Assembly (NCBI RefSeq): GCF_006345805.1
Contig: NW_021832831.1
Location: 38,188 to 102,187, forward strand
Length of the DNA: 64,000 bases
Direction of reading: 5' to 3'
Source: Octopus sinensis
Taxonomy: Eukaryota
How positions within the stretch are numbered: the stretch's first letter is position 1; the number at the start of each line of letters is the position of its first letter. Under the pieces are notes generated by a model. It ran no database searches. It worked only from the letters and a program-made list of their open reading frames with translations, and was not told the origin of the DNA. Positions 24,676-36,844 of this stretch are shown here, in pieces. The translations under genes and the position numbers were made by a program.

Positions 24676-27087
24676 GAGGAAACCAGGCTACTGGAGTTCT
24701 GTGATGCATGTAAACTTTTAATCTGCAACGCTCACTTCAGGAAGCCAGACAACCACCTTATAACCTATCAATGAGGGGACTCTGCTAGCCAGATTGATTT
24801 CATCCTCACTAGACAACGGGACGCAGGGTTGCTCTTAAATACAAAGATCCTCCCAGGTGAAGAATGTACACCCCAGCATAGGCTAATCATTAGTGACTTT
24901 ATGCTCAAGGCCAGAAGGATACCAAGAAGTAGACCAATCCAAAAAAGAAGGATTTGGAAGCTAAAGAACCCTTCACATGGTCAGAGATTTAGAGACATCC
25001 TCATCAAGAAAGTTGAGGAGAGGGAGGAGGAGCTACAAACATCGGACATAGAAGGTAGCTGGAAATTCCTACAGGACAGCTTGCTGAGTGCTACAGACCA
25101 AGTGTGTGATTGGTGCAAGTCCATCTCATCAGAGGGTCATAGTCTATCTCATCAGAGAGAGAGTCTGCTTAGATGAGTTGCAGTTCAGTTTTGTGCTGGG
25201 TAGAAGCACCACTGATGCTATATTCCTGGTTCGACAACTGCAGGAGAAATACCTAGCTAAAGATAAACTCCTATACTTAGCTTTTGTGGACTTGGAGAAA
25301 GCCTTTGACAGGGTGCCCCAATCCCTTATCTGGTGGGCGATGCGGAAACTGGAGATTGACGAATGGTTAATAAGGGCTGTATTAGGATTGTCAATGAGTA
25401 TAGTGAAGAATTCTGGGTCAAAGTAGGGGTCCACCATGGTTCAGCCCTCAGTCCCCTTTTAATCATCATAGTCCTTCAGGCAATAACAGAGGAATTCAAG
25501 ACGGGTTGCCCCTGGGAGCTCCTCTATGCTGATGACCTGGCCCTCACAACAAAATCACTACCGGAACTAGAAAAGAAATTTTGTGTGTAGAAGCTAAGTT
25601 TGGAAACAAAAGGCCTTAGAATCAATGCAGCAAAGACCAAAGTTCTAGTAAGTAGGAAGGCGAACACATCATACACCGCCTCAGGTGGCCCTGCTTGATC
25701 TGTAGAAAAGGTGTAGGTAGAAACTCCATAAGATGTACCCAATGTAAGCTATGGACACATAAGAGGTGCAACAACATCAAAGGAAAATTTATCGAGAAGA
25801 TAGCTTTCGTGTGCAGCAGATGCACAGGCCAATAGACCCCACAGATACTTAGAAAACAGATTTGATCACACTCCAGGAGGAGAAACTAGAAGTAGTTGAT
25901 AGTTTTCTGCTACCTAGGTGACCAAGTTAGTTGTGGGGGTGGATGCTCAGAGAGTATTACCACTAGAATAAGAATAGCCTGGCCAAAGTTTAGAAATCTT
26001 CTTCCCCTACTGGCGACAGAGGGTCTCTCGCTCAGAGTGAAAGGTAGATTGTACGACGCATGTATGTGAACTGCAATGCTACATGGCAGTGAAACGTGGG
26101 CCGTGACTGCGGAGGATATGCGTAGGCTTGAAAGAAATGAAGCTACCATGATCCACTGGATGTGTAATGTCAGTGTGCATGCACGACAGTGTAAGTGCCC
26201 TGAGAGAAATGTTGAACATAAGAAGCATCGGATGTGGCATGCAGGAGAGGCATTTCTGTTGGTATGGTCATGTACTACAGATGGGTGCGGAGAGATGTGT
26301 GAGGAAGTGCCACCCCCAAACTGTTGAAGGAATCCAGGGTAGAGGTAGACCCAGGAAGACATGGGATGAGGTGGTCAAGCATGACCTTCGAACGTTGGGC
26401 CTCACAGAGGCCATGACAATAGACCGAGACCTCTGGAGATATGCTGTGACTGAGAAGACCCGACAAATGAAGTGAGTTCATGGCTCACAGGATGGCCTGC
26501 TGTGCTTGAGGAGACCTATTGAGTCAAATACATCAACATCAAAGTAAAAAATCAAATGGATATTGTAGTTGTGATACCCATGGCGGTGGCATGTTGGGCC
26601 TCACAGAGGCAATGACGAAAGACCACGACACCTGAGACATGCTGTGACTGCGAAAACCCAACAAATAAAGGTAGTTTATGGTTCGCAGGATGGCCTACTA
26701 TGCTTACCTTGTGCTTGAGGAGACCTATTGAGTTAAGTACATCTACATCAAAATAAAAATCAATGGAAATTGTAGAAGTGATACCTGTACTAGTAGCATG
26801 TAAAAAGCACCATCCGAACGTGGCCGATGCCAGCGCCGCCTTGACTGGCGTCCGTGCTGGTGACACGTAAAAAGCACCAACCAATCATGGCAGTCTACCG
26901 TCCTCCCCTGGTCTCTATGCCAGTGGCATGTAAAAAGCACCCACTACACTCACTGAGTGGTTGGCGTTAGGAAGGGCATCCAGCTGTAGAAACACTGCCA
27001 TATGCAGCCTCCTGGCTTCCCAGACCCCAGTTGAACCCTCCGACCCACGCTAGCATGGAAATTGGATGTTAAACGATGATGATGATG
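24676..27087 (+). mobile_element. RTE copy with internal deletions, a duplicated ORF-end/UTR segment and a (GAT)n tail
   Basis: ORFs 24829..25176, 25088..25426, 25363..25590, 26076..26475; tail at 27050-27087. Confidence 0.92.
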
Positions 27088-27239
27088 TATGTATATCCAT
27101 GTAACTCCTCTGCAACAAGACATGGCATATCCATGTAATTCCTACAACAGTAATACACCTATATTTGTCCCCTCTGTACTTTAAATCTCACAACTGCTAC
27201 AAAGCTACACTCTCCCAGTTGGTAGGGTATTTTGTGTTG

Positions 27240-27477
27240 CAAGGTACTTGTTGACCCTGTTAATGCTGTTGCCATGTAAAAAGCACTGGCGCTGGTGCCA
27301 CATAAAATCACCAATACAATCTGTAAAGTGGTTGGCATCAGAAAAGCCATCAAGCTGCAGAAACCATACCAAAACAGACAGTGAACATTGTTGTGGCTTC
27401 TAGCCTTGTCAGTTCCTGTCAAACTTTCCAACATATGCCAGCATGGAAAACAGATGTTATGATGATGATGATGATGA
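27240..27477 (+). mobile_element. RTE 3' UTR/tail fragment (SINE-like)
   Basis: GTAAAAAGCAC module and GCCAGCATGGAAAACAGATGTTAT(GAT)n. Confidence 0.75.
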
Positions 27478-27619
27478 TATACTTAGATGTACATAAATAT
27501 AAACATACACCACAGTAATTATCTTCTCTTTCTCTTATAAGCAAGGTTTTGTGTCATTCTGGATTGACTTCCCAGCAACATTGCTGAGAAGCTTCTTCTG
27601 GAGTCTCAGTATAGTTTCA

Positions 27620-27850
27620 GAAGTGGCAGAGTGATATTGGATAGGATTTTTGTTTTGCATCCTGTCAGGCAACTTCAAGAGAAATGCCTTGAACAGAAGC
27701 TGGACTTGTATGAAGTCTCTGTTGATCTGAAGAAGACTTTTGATCCTGTAAATAGAAGTGCTTTATGGAATGTTCTGAATCTTCAGTGTCCTGTTAAGTG
27801 TGTTCCTCTGCTTAGATGTTTTCATGATAGAATTGAGAGTATGTGTTGAA
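27620..27850 (+). mobile_element. BovB-like RT fragment
   Basis: 'RQLQEKCLEQ...VDLKKTFDPVNRSALW'. Confidence 0.75.
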
Positions 27851-27873
27851 ATGGTGTTAAACAAAGCCATATA

Positions 27874-28543
27874 TCTCTATATATAAAACTGAAATGTTTT
27901 TGGACCGCTTGGATCGCTTTCAAGGCCACTACAACCCATCGGATTGACACCAAAATTTACAGGGACATGTAAAATGAGGTGACGATGCCCGTGGGCTACC
28001 TTAGAAATCCCTATATGAAAAGGTGTCGTTGCTAGGGCCACAAATCCACTTTGACAAGTCCACTCCCATTCTTTTACATATCTGTCTTCCTCACTCACGC
28101 TATTTCCTCCATTCCCCTCTAACTCCCCTTCACTTTCCCTTTATAAGTTCGTCAAACGGCGTTCTTTATCTCACTGTCTGCATTCATAGAGATAATTATC
28201 ATTGCCACCAACAACACACAATCATGAGAACAAATATTATGAATCAGATATTCCTTGCGTTCATTTATATATGTGTGTTCTATATATAAATATGTATATA
28301 TAATGTATATATACAAAGTGTATATATCTGTATTTATGTATATTAAACTTTTTAATACTTTTTCATAGTTATATTTATTTTTAAACAAATTATAAATATA
28401 ATTTAATAATTTTTATTGTAAATTTAAATAATTTAAATTTTTCAATTTTATATTTTATATATTTTCTATATTATATTTTTATTTTTATGTTTTTGGTTTT
28501 TCAGTTTCATTTGCCTATTAGTGGTTTTATCTCTAATTTAATG

Positions 28544-28575
<32 letters not shown>

Positions 28576-29807
28576 TTGTATATATAATGCGTGCACACAC
28601 ACACACACACATATATACATATATATATATAATGTGTGCATTATGTGGTCGGTCGATTCAGCTGAAAATATGCACACCTATGTTAAAAGTGCTGGCAAGT
28701 TTGCATGACAACTATTTTTTTCCTCAAATGAAAGGCGTGACCTCTAGGACAAAATTCCTCATCTTATAAATTGTGGCCCCAGTAGACCCGAATGAAATCG
28801 GGTTATATTAACCAAAATGTGAAAAGGGGTTTAAATGGGGCTGGAAGGGGATTAAAATTTAAAGGAGCGGGTGTTTAGCAATTCTCTGTTACATCAAGCT
28901 AAAAAATTTGCGCCAGCCTTTTAATCGTCAATGTGTTGCCGTCCATGATGAAGAAGTTTTGAATGCTTGCCATCGTGAGTCTACTGTCGTGAGAAAGAAT
29001 CACTTCAAAACTTGGTGTTTATGAATTTTCTTTTACATCAAGTTCAAAATTTTACGCCAGCCGTTAAACTGTCAATACATTGCTGTCCATCGTTAAGAAA
29101 TGCCAGCCATGGTGACTCTACTATCCTCAGATTCTATCCCTTCAAACTTTGGTTTCCAATATTTTATTATTTTTATTCAGCTAGCAAGTTCGTCTGTCCT
29201 TTTTAAATGTTAGCGTTTTGCTGTCTGCCTTGAAGCAGACCTTTCCGTTGCCACTGCCTGATATTTATGATTGATCTTTCTAAATATTTTATTTCTCAAC
29301 TTACTCAAGATCTTTTGTTGTTTATAAATGGGAGAGAGATAGATAAAGATAGAGAGTAAGAGAAAGCGAGGGAGAGTCCGAGAGAAGGGAAGAGTAAGAG
29401 AGTGGGGAAAGTGAGAGAGAAAGGAGAGAGAAACAAAGAGGGAGAATCATCATCATCATCATCATCATCATCGTTTAACGTCCATTTTCTGTGCTAGCAC
29501 GGGTTGGACAGTTTGACTGGGGTCTGGAAAGCCAGGAGGCTGCACCAGGCTCCAGTCTGATCTGGCAGTGTTTCTACAGGTGGATGACCTTCCTAACGCC
29601 AACCACTCTGTGAGTGTAGTGGGTGCTTTTTTCGTGCCGCCGGCACTGGTTCCAGGGGGGCTCGTAGCGGTAACGATCGGTTGGTGCCAGTCAAGGTGGC
29701 GCTGCAATCGGCCACGTTCGGATGGTGCTTTTTATGTGCTGAAAGGAAGCAACAGAAAGTAACAACCACACTCTTACCCGCGCGTAGACCGGGTCACCTT
29801 CAGCTAG
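27874..29807 (+). mobile_element. Non-autonomous Helitron-like element
   Basis: 5' A|TCTCTATATATAAAACTG; 3' hairpin ACCCG-CGCGTAGAC-CGGGT, then 9 nt, then CTAG (29804-29807). Pairing the two ends as one element is inferred. Confidence 0.6.
29448..29745 (-). mobile_element. RTE 3' UTR/tail fragment nested in the Helitron-like element
   Basis: (CAT)nCGTTTAACGTCC... antisense tail. Confidence 0.85.
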
Positions 29808-30101
29808 TCTATATATATAAAACTGAGAATGTATGTCTGTCTGTCTGTGTGAATCACTAAAACTTGAGAACTACACGACCAATTTCATTCAATTTTATAC
29901 ATGCGTTACTTGGGGTCCATGTAGTGTCATGGGCAAAAAAAAGTTTTTAAGTTCATGCCTAGGGCGAGCCCACAGCAATATCATATCTTCTCCACTATTT
30001 CAGTATTACGTGTTAAAAGTGAAACAAAAACATCTCTATTGTAATGTCAGATGCTTTCAGTTTAATATTGAAACTATTAAAGTGAAACTATTATATAACT
30101 T

Positions 30102-30865
30102 GACAGAGTGTACTTTGAGAGAAAAGTTGGACCTAAGAAGCATCAGTTGTGGTGTGCAAGAGAGACGTTTGCGCTGGTATGGTCATGTGGTGAGAATGGA
30201 TGAAGGTAGTTGTGTGAAAAAGTGCCACACCCTAGCAGTTGAGGGAACCTGTGGAAGAGGTAGACCCAGGAAAACCTGGGACGAGGTGGTGAAGCACGAC
30301 CTTTGAACTTTAGGTCTCACCGAGGAAATGACTAGAGACCGAGACCATTGGAATTATGCTGTGCGTGAAAAGACCCGGCAGGATAAGTGAGGCCATAATC
30401 CCGTGGCCTCTACCTAGGATGTAGCCAGCCCACTTATGCGTTCCTTTCCTTCTTGGGACACAAAACTCCACTTGTGAAGACCTGTTGAGGCAAGTGAAAA
30501 TCAAAATTGTAATCTATCAACATCAGTGGAATTTGTAGCTGTGATACCAGTGCCGGTGGCACGTAAGAGAACCATCTGAACGTGGCCGTAGCCAGCGCCA
30601 CCCTGAATGGCTTCCGTGCCGGTGGCATGTAAAAAGCACCATCTGATCGTGGCTGTTTGCCAGCCTCGTCTGGCACCTGTACCGGTGGCTTGTAAAAAGC
30701 ACCCACTACACTCACGGAGTGGTTGGCGTTAGGAAGGGCATCCAGCTGTAGAAACACTGCCAGATCAGACTGGGCCTGGTGCAGCCTTCTGGCTTCCCAG
30801 ACCCCAGTTGAACCGTCCAACCCATGCTAGCATGGAAAGCGGACGTTAAACGATGATGATGATGA
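30102..30865 (+). mobile_element. 5'-truncated RTE (last codons plus 3' UTR) inserted in the Helitron
   Basis: 'LREKLDLRSISCGVQERRLRWYGHV' followed by the full UTR and tail; the flanks rejoin as in 49925-49960. Confidence 0.92.
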
Positions 30866-30994
30866 CGAACCATTAAGAGTGGACATCTATTTTGCTAGAA
30901 GATCCGCTATGGTCTTATATGCTACACCCCTGGTTTTCAATTCATATTAATCAAATTAATATTCAATCTTTCACCCTTATTATTTTAATTCAAA

Positions 30995-31500
<506 letters not shown>

Positions 31501-31519
31501 ACAGAGGCACACATACATA

Positions 31520-31849
31520 GGTGCAGGTGTCTTCTGCTATAGCCTCAGACCAACCAAAGCCTTGTCAGTGGATTTTGTAGACAGAAACTGAAATAAATCA
31601 ATTGTATATATATATATGTATGTATATATGTAAGTCTATGTGTGTGTCTTTGTGTTTCTCCCTCATCACTGCTTCACAAAAGGTGTTCGTTTATTTACAT
31701 CCCCATAACTTACTGGTTTCTTAAGAAGAAACTGATAGAATAAGTACCAGGCTTATCAAAATAAAAAAAAAGCACAAGGCAGTGTCTCTTATTTTTGTTT
31801 GGCCACTGAGTTGTATCTATCAATTTATCTTTTGTGTGTGTGTGTATAT

Positions 31850-31919
<70 letters not shown>

Positions 31920-32100
31920 TGATATGCATTTCGTAGACAGGAACTGAAGCAAATCAATCGTATATATATGTATGTATATATGTAAGTGTATATGTGTCTT
32001 TGTCTCTGTGTTTTGCCCTCATCACTGCTTCACAATTGCTGTTCATTTGTTTACATCCTCATAACTTACTGGTTTCACAAGAAGAAATTAATAGAATAAT
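31520..32100 (+). mobile_element. tRNA-headed SINE remnants (head deleted; body partly repeated at 31575-31745 and 31933-32098)
   Basis: GTCTTCTGCTATAGCCTCAGACCAACCAAAGCCTTGTCAGTGGATTTTGTAGACAGAAACTG and ACATCCCCATAACTTA...GATAGAATAAGTACCAGG match the SINE at 59363-59720. Confidence 0.75.
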
Positions 32101-32200
32101 ATAATATTTTTGTTTGCCCACTCAATTGTATCTATCAATTTATCTTTGTATGTATGTGTGTATCTATATCTATCTATCTATCTGTTTATCCATCTATCTA

Positions 32201-32301
<101 letters not shown>

Positions 32302-33603
32302 ACACCCTAATGTGGGCCTGAACTCCCAAATTTTAGTTATTTCTTTTATGTTCCAAAACTAGGTCAAAAGTACTGAATGGATCTTTATGAAATTTGAAAA
32401 TTATATTCTATGCATAAGGGCCATAACCCCCATGACAATTCATATATTTTTGCTGTTGATGAAATTTTAACCATAGATATTAGACACAAATGAAGTAATA
32501 TTTATAAAATTTCATCATCTTATAAGTTAGAAAGACCCTTCCATGGGGACTTAACATCACAATTTTGTCATTTTATCTAAGCAAAAATGAATACAGTTGT
32601 GCTCTTGGAAGCTGTAGGTTACTCAAGCATAAAAGATGAACATTATTTGTAATTCAATGGTACAACAATGCAACAGTTTGCTTTGACATACACTTACATT
32701 GTGATTTCTGCAATGTGGTGCATAAATTGTCAAGTAAATGAGAGGCATCTTTGCCTCCACTGATTCAGTTGCAAAGTGTTGAGTAAAGTTATTTGATTGC
32801 AGACCTCCTTTCAGTCTTTTTATTATCACTGGGTCACACATAGTCCCCAGATTGTACCATTGATTTCAAGGCCTTCCCAGGTGAGTGACTGATTATTCAA
32901 AGACATTTATAGATTGTAAATTTACACTGTCCAGTTACATATCAGTATAGTGGTCATTTGCAAACTCCAGGGGTGACACTTTCAATTCTCCTTAGGCCTC
33001 ACGTCACACAGTTGTTAATGTTGATTTCAGTTGGGTCACGTCCTTCCAATTGCTATACATTCGTAATGTATCTTACGGCTGTGCCTGTCACCTAGATGGT
33101 GAGGAATCCTACATTGGGAGTGGTAACGACTAAGGTAGGGTAGCTGACTGCTTATTGTGATCATTCATCTTTTCGTTTCCTGTAGCTTTGCTCTTTTTTA
33201 CAAACCCAGTGAACATATATTTCTTAATTCAAAGAAATTCAAACAATAGATATAAGACCCAAGTTAAAAAGATTCTCAACAATTCAACTTCTCTGGTTGA
33301 CATTAAGATGCCCACCCCCAACAGGGGCCTTAACTCTCACATTTTAGAGCTCCATGACCATCATGTTTCAGGAGCAAAATCCTTTTAACAGGTTCAATAA
33401 GACTGGAATTTTGGAATATGCGCATAAAAATCTGTAGTATGGGATACATGTGACACGATTACAATTTTTTAGGGTGTGTAAAGAGGGAAATAACCCTCAT
33501 CTGCAATTTTGATAAAATTCGAAACATAGGTATTCCAGTTCATTACAGAAAATATAACAGAAAAGTCTAATTCTTCAATTGAATGTAACACGGGCAACGC
33601 TAG

Positions 33604-33636
<33 letters not shown>

Positions 33637-33769
33637 CAACTTCATTTGCCTTGTATTTTCTTTGGTGTTCTCGATGGATTTTGAGAAGTGCTTACATGGA
33701 TTCTATATGGGATACTGAACAATGGGGATGATGTTGCTGCCAAAAAAAAGGCATCCTTATATGTAAATT

Positions 33770-34820
33770 CTTGTATAGTGATGACTTTCATATTTATCTT
33801 GATGCTCACTCCCAGAATGATAGGCAGCATCTTATGGACTCCTTTTCAACAGCATGCAATGCATTGAGCCTAACAACCAGCCTACAAAAGACAGTCATAA
33901 TATACCAATCTGCACAAGGTAAAGCCTACTCTTGTGTTTATCTATATGGACAGAAATTGTTGCTTGTGGAAAAATTTTTGTATTTAGACAGTACTGTGAA
34001 AATGACGAATATTCTTGATAATGAAATTTCCCTCCATATCAAGAAAGCCTGTGATGCATTTGGAAAATTTGTTAGAAGTTTAGGGTCTTGGTATGGAATT
34101 TCAGTTGTGACAAAATCAAAAGTCTGCAATACTTGTAATGTTGTTTTTATTGCGATCGTCTTGTCAGATCTTTGTTATTTACTAGAAACATATGAATAGG
34201 CTGTCATCTACTAAATGCTCAGTAACAAACATAAGTGACAAATTCCTTGAATTCAATAAGCCTAGTTTCTAGCTATAGTTTCTAGTAGTTGAAGATTATG
34301 ATGCAGTGGTTATATGGTCAAGATGGAAGACGGTTGGATTCCTTAGCAATTTATATGTTGTAAGTTTGGTCAGGGTAAAAGACCAGCACACAATCTTAAA
34401 TGAAATAAGAACTGCATCAAGAATATATTGGAAAAGATTAAAATGTTGGAAAATGGAAGAGACATCATTCTAGATCATTCATTATAGATAAAATCAGTGC
34501 ATCATCACTGGAAGGAATTTGAATGAAATTGTACTGAGCATGAAAATCTCAAGAGAGATGTTCATAAGGGTCTTGATGTTAATCTGCCTGAGAATGTTGG
34601 TTTAACATGTAACAAATGTGGTTGTTTCTAAGACAGACATACCATAGAAGTCACCAGAGAAGCCACACACACACAGAGGAACATTATTAACTATACATTG
34701 TGCAGCATCTCTTCTTGCAGTGAATGTGGAAAAGAATGTGCATCAGGAGACAGAGTGAAATGCCATGACAATTCACCAAAGCAATACTATAACACCATCA
34801 TTGGTGCCCATCATTGTGAT
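33770..34820 (+). mobile_element. BovB-like RTE C-terminal remnant
   Basis: 'LMDSFSTACNALSLTTSLQKT...KFLYLDS...LDNEISLHIKKACDAFG'; traces of CxxC pairs near 34605-34745. Confidence 0.7.
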
Positions 34821-35739
34821 ATATCAAAAGCCACATCAATGTTGCTTATGTTCAAAAGAACTATCAAGTAGTGGCATTATTTGAAATGAAGTTGCAACTA
34901 TTATATATTTGTGTGTGTGAGAGAGAGAGAGAGAGAGATAGAAGAAAAAATATTACTATACTGCTGAGTATTGTGCCTTATTTTATGAAAATTACAAAAT
35001 GGTTTTTACCTTCAAAAGAGAAATGCAAGTTGTACATATATGTGTTCATATACAAGCACATATGTCATTATAGTATATTCTACATATACTCAGTACTATA
35101 TACTGTGTATTGGTATGTATGTATGTATGTATGTATGTTGTGCTGCTGGACTTGGTGTTCTGGATATGGTGCTGAGGAGGGAGCAGTAACTTCCTGAAGT
35201 ATGTATACACCCATTACCTGTTTTTCCGTCTTCGTTTGCATTGTTTACATGAATATGTTCATGTGAAAAGTGTTGTAACTTTCAGTACTGGCTCTAGAGT
35301 CTGACTTGTTGAAAATCTGTGTTTATTTCTCACAAAAAGCTTTTCATATCCTCTCTTAATTATTGTCTGGATGGTGTTTGTATTTTCTTTCTAAAGTTGG
35401 GATCCTTCATTTGCTTGCAATGTGCCCACCCTTCCAGCCCCACTATCTATACCCACTCTACTCATTCCCATCCCCAACACCTATACCCTTTCACCACCCA
35501 CTATACCTACACCCTTTACTCGTTCTGAAAACCTATCTTCTGTACCAGAATCTCTCTTAACAACCCTTCTTTTGCTCTTCCCTCCTTTTTTCTCTCTCAG
35601 TAGTGTCTCACCTCTGTTACTGTAATATGAATGCCATAGCTTGTATGCTTTGCACCAAAATGTAACTGAAGAGAACCTATCAATTAACTAATCAACTAAT
35701 AAATTTTGATTTATCTTAGTATTAAGTAGGATTGTAAAG

Positions 35740-36745
35740 CACACTCACCTCCAGTAGATGCAGCAAATGTGACATGAATGAATAATGGTTGATTAACTGT
35801 GAGGACAACTGACATGTGTGTTACTGGCAAATGCTTGTTGAAAGTTTCTTTTTAGATGCTGTATGCTGTCACCCATCCCTGTTCCCTCCTACCTCCGATT
35901 TCACTTCCTTACAGTTGGCACTGTCACTGTAGGCACATTGAAAGGTAGGTCTGGTGAGATAGTTGAGATGTCTCAGTGGAAGTGTGCCAATATGTGTTGT
36001 ATTCAAGAAGAAGGGTGGAGGGGAGCTTCATCCAGGTTCCTCACAGGCAAAGAACATAAGTATAAAATCTTCTAGGAAGACAATAATGGTGGGGTAGGTG
36101 GTGTTAGCATACTTTTATTTAATAAATTGGTGGATAAGGTAATTGAGGTACTCAGACTGTGAGAGAGGATATTTAAGCTTAGATTAGTTACACAAGGTAG
36201 TACAGCAACAATTATTTCCACCTGTGCTCCTCAACCATATCTACCAAATGAACAAGAGGATCGATTTTGCAGACTGCTTCAAGGACAAATGCCAGTGACC
36301 TTATTTTCATGACTGGTGACTTCAGTGGACATGTTGGACAGCATCCAGTTGGCTTCGGTGGTGTACATGGTGTACCTTCTGGGGTGAGAAATCTACCCCT
36401 TATCATAGGTTAGTCATTAGTGACCTCAGACTTCAGGCTAGAAGAATTCCAAGAAGCAGACCAGTCTAGAAAAGAAGGATTTGGAAGCTTAAGGATCAGT
36501 GATTTAAAGACACTTTAAATGAAGCATTTGATGAAGAAAGGTTACAGAAATGTAACCTAGAGGACAACTTGGAGTTTCTACAGGTTAATTTAGTGAGAGC
36601 CACTGATCAAATTTGTGCCTGGTGCAAAGTCCCAACTAGATGTAGGGACATGGTTGTAGGACAGTGTAGTAGACAGGGCCATTAGACAAAGAAACAGGCC
36701 TGGAAGAATTGGAAGAGTAGTGGCATCAGAGAACTACATTAGATA
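35740..36745 (+). mobile_element. RTE 5' portion (leader plus APE endonuclease), decayed
   Basis: 'VGTVTVGTLKGRSGEIVEM...CCIQEEGWRGASSRFL'; the leader is homologous to 54960-55085. Confidence 0.85.
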
Positions 36746-36844
36746 GACTGAACGGAATTAAATTTTGTTCGATTATTATTGTAAAAATATTGATTTCTAT
36801 ATTTGTTATTTGATAATTATAAGTTACGATATGTATATTTATTT

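Noticed and set aside
32690-32720. Possible 10-nt minus-strand micro-exon (TTGCAG|AAATCACAAT|GTAAGT)
   Set aside because: Such motif pairs arise by chance in 64 kb, and there is no supporting context.
35135-35205. Short GC-richer island that could be a host exon (minus strand TTCAG|GAAGTTACTGCT...)
   Set aside because: There is no convincing donor and no recognisable peptide, so it cannot be supported from sequence alone.
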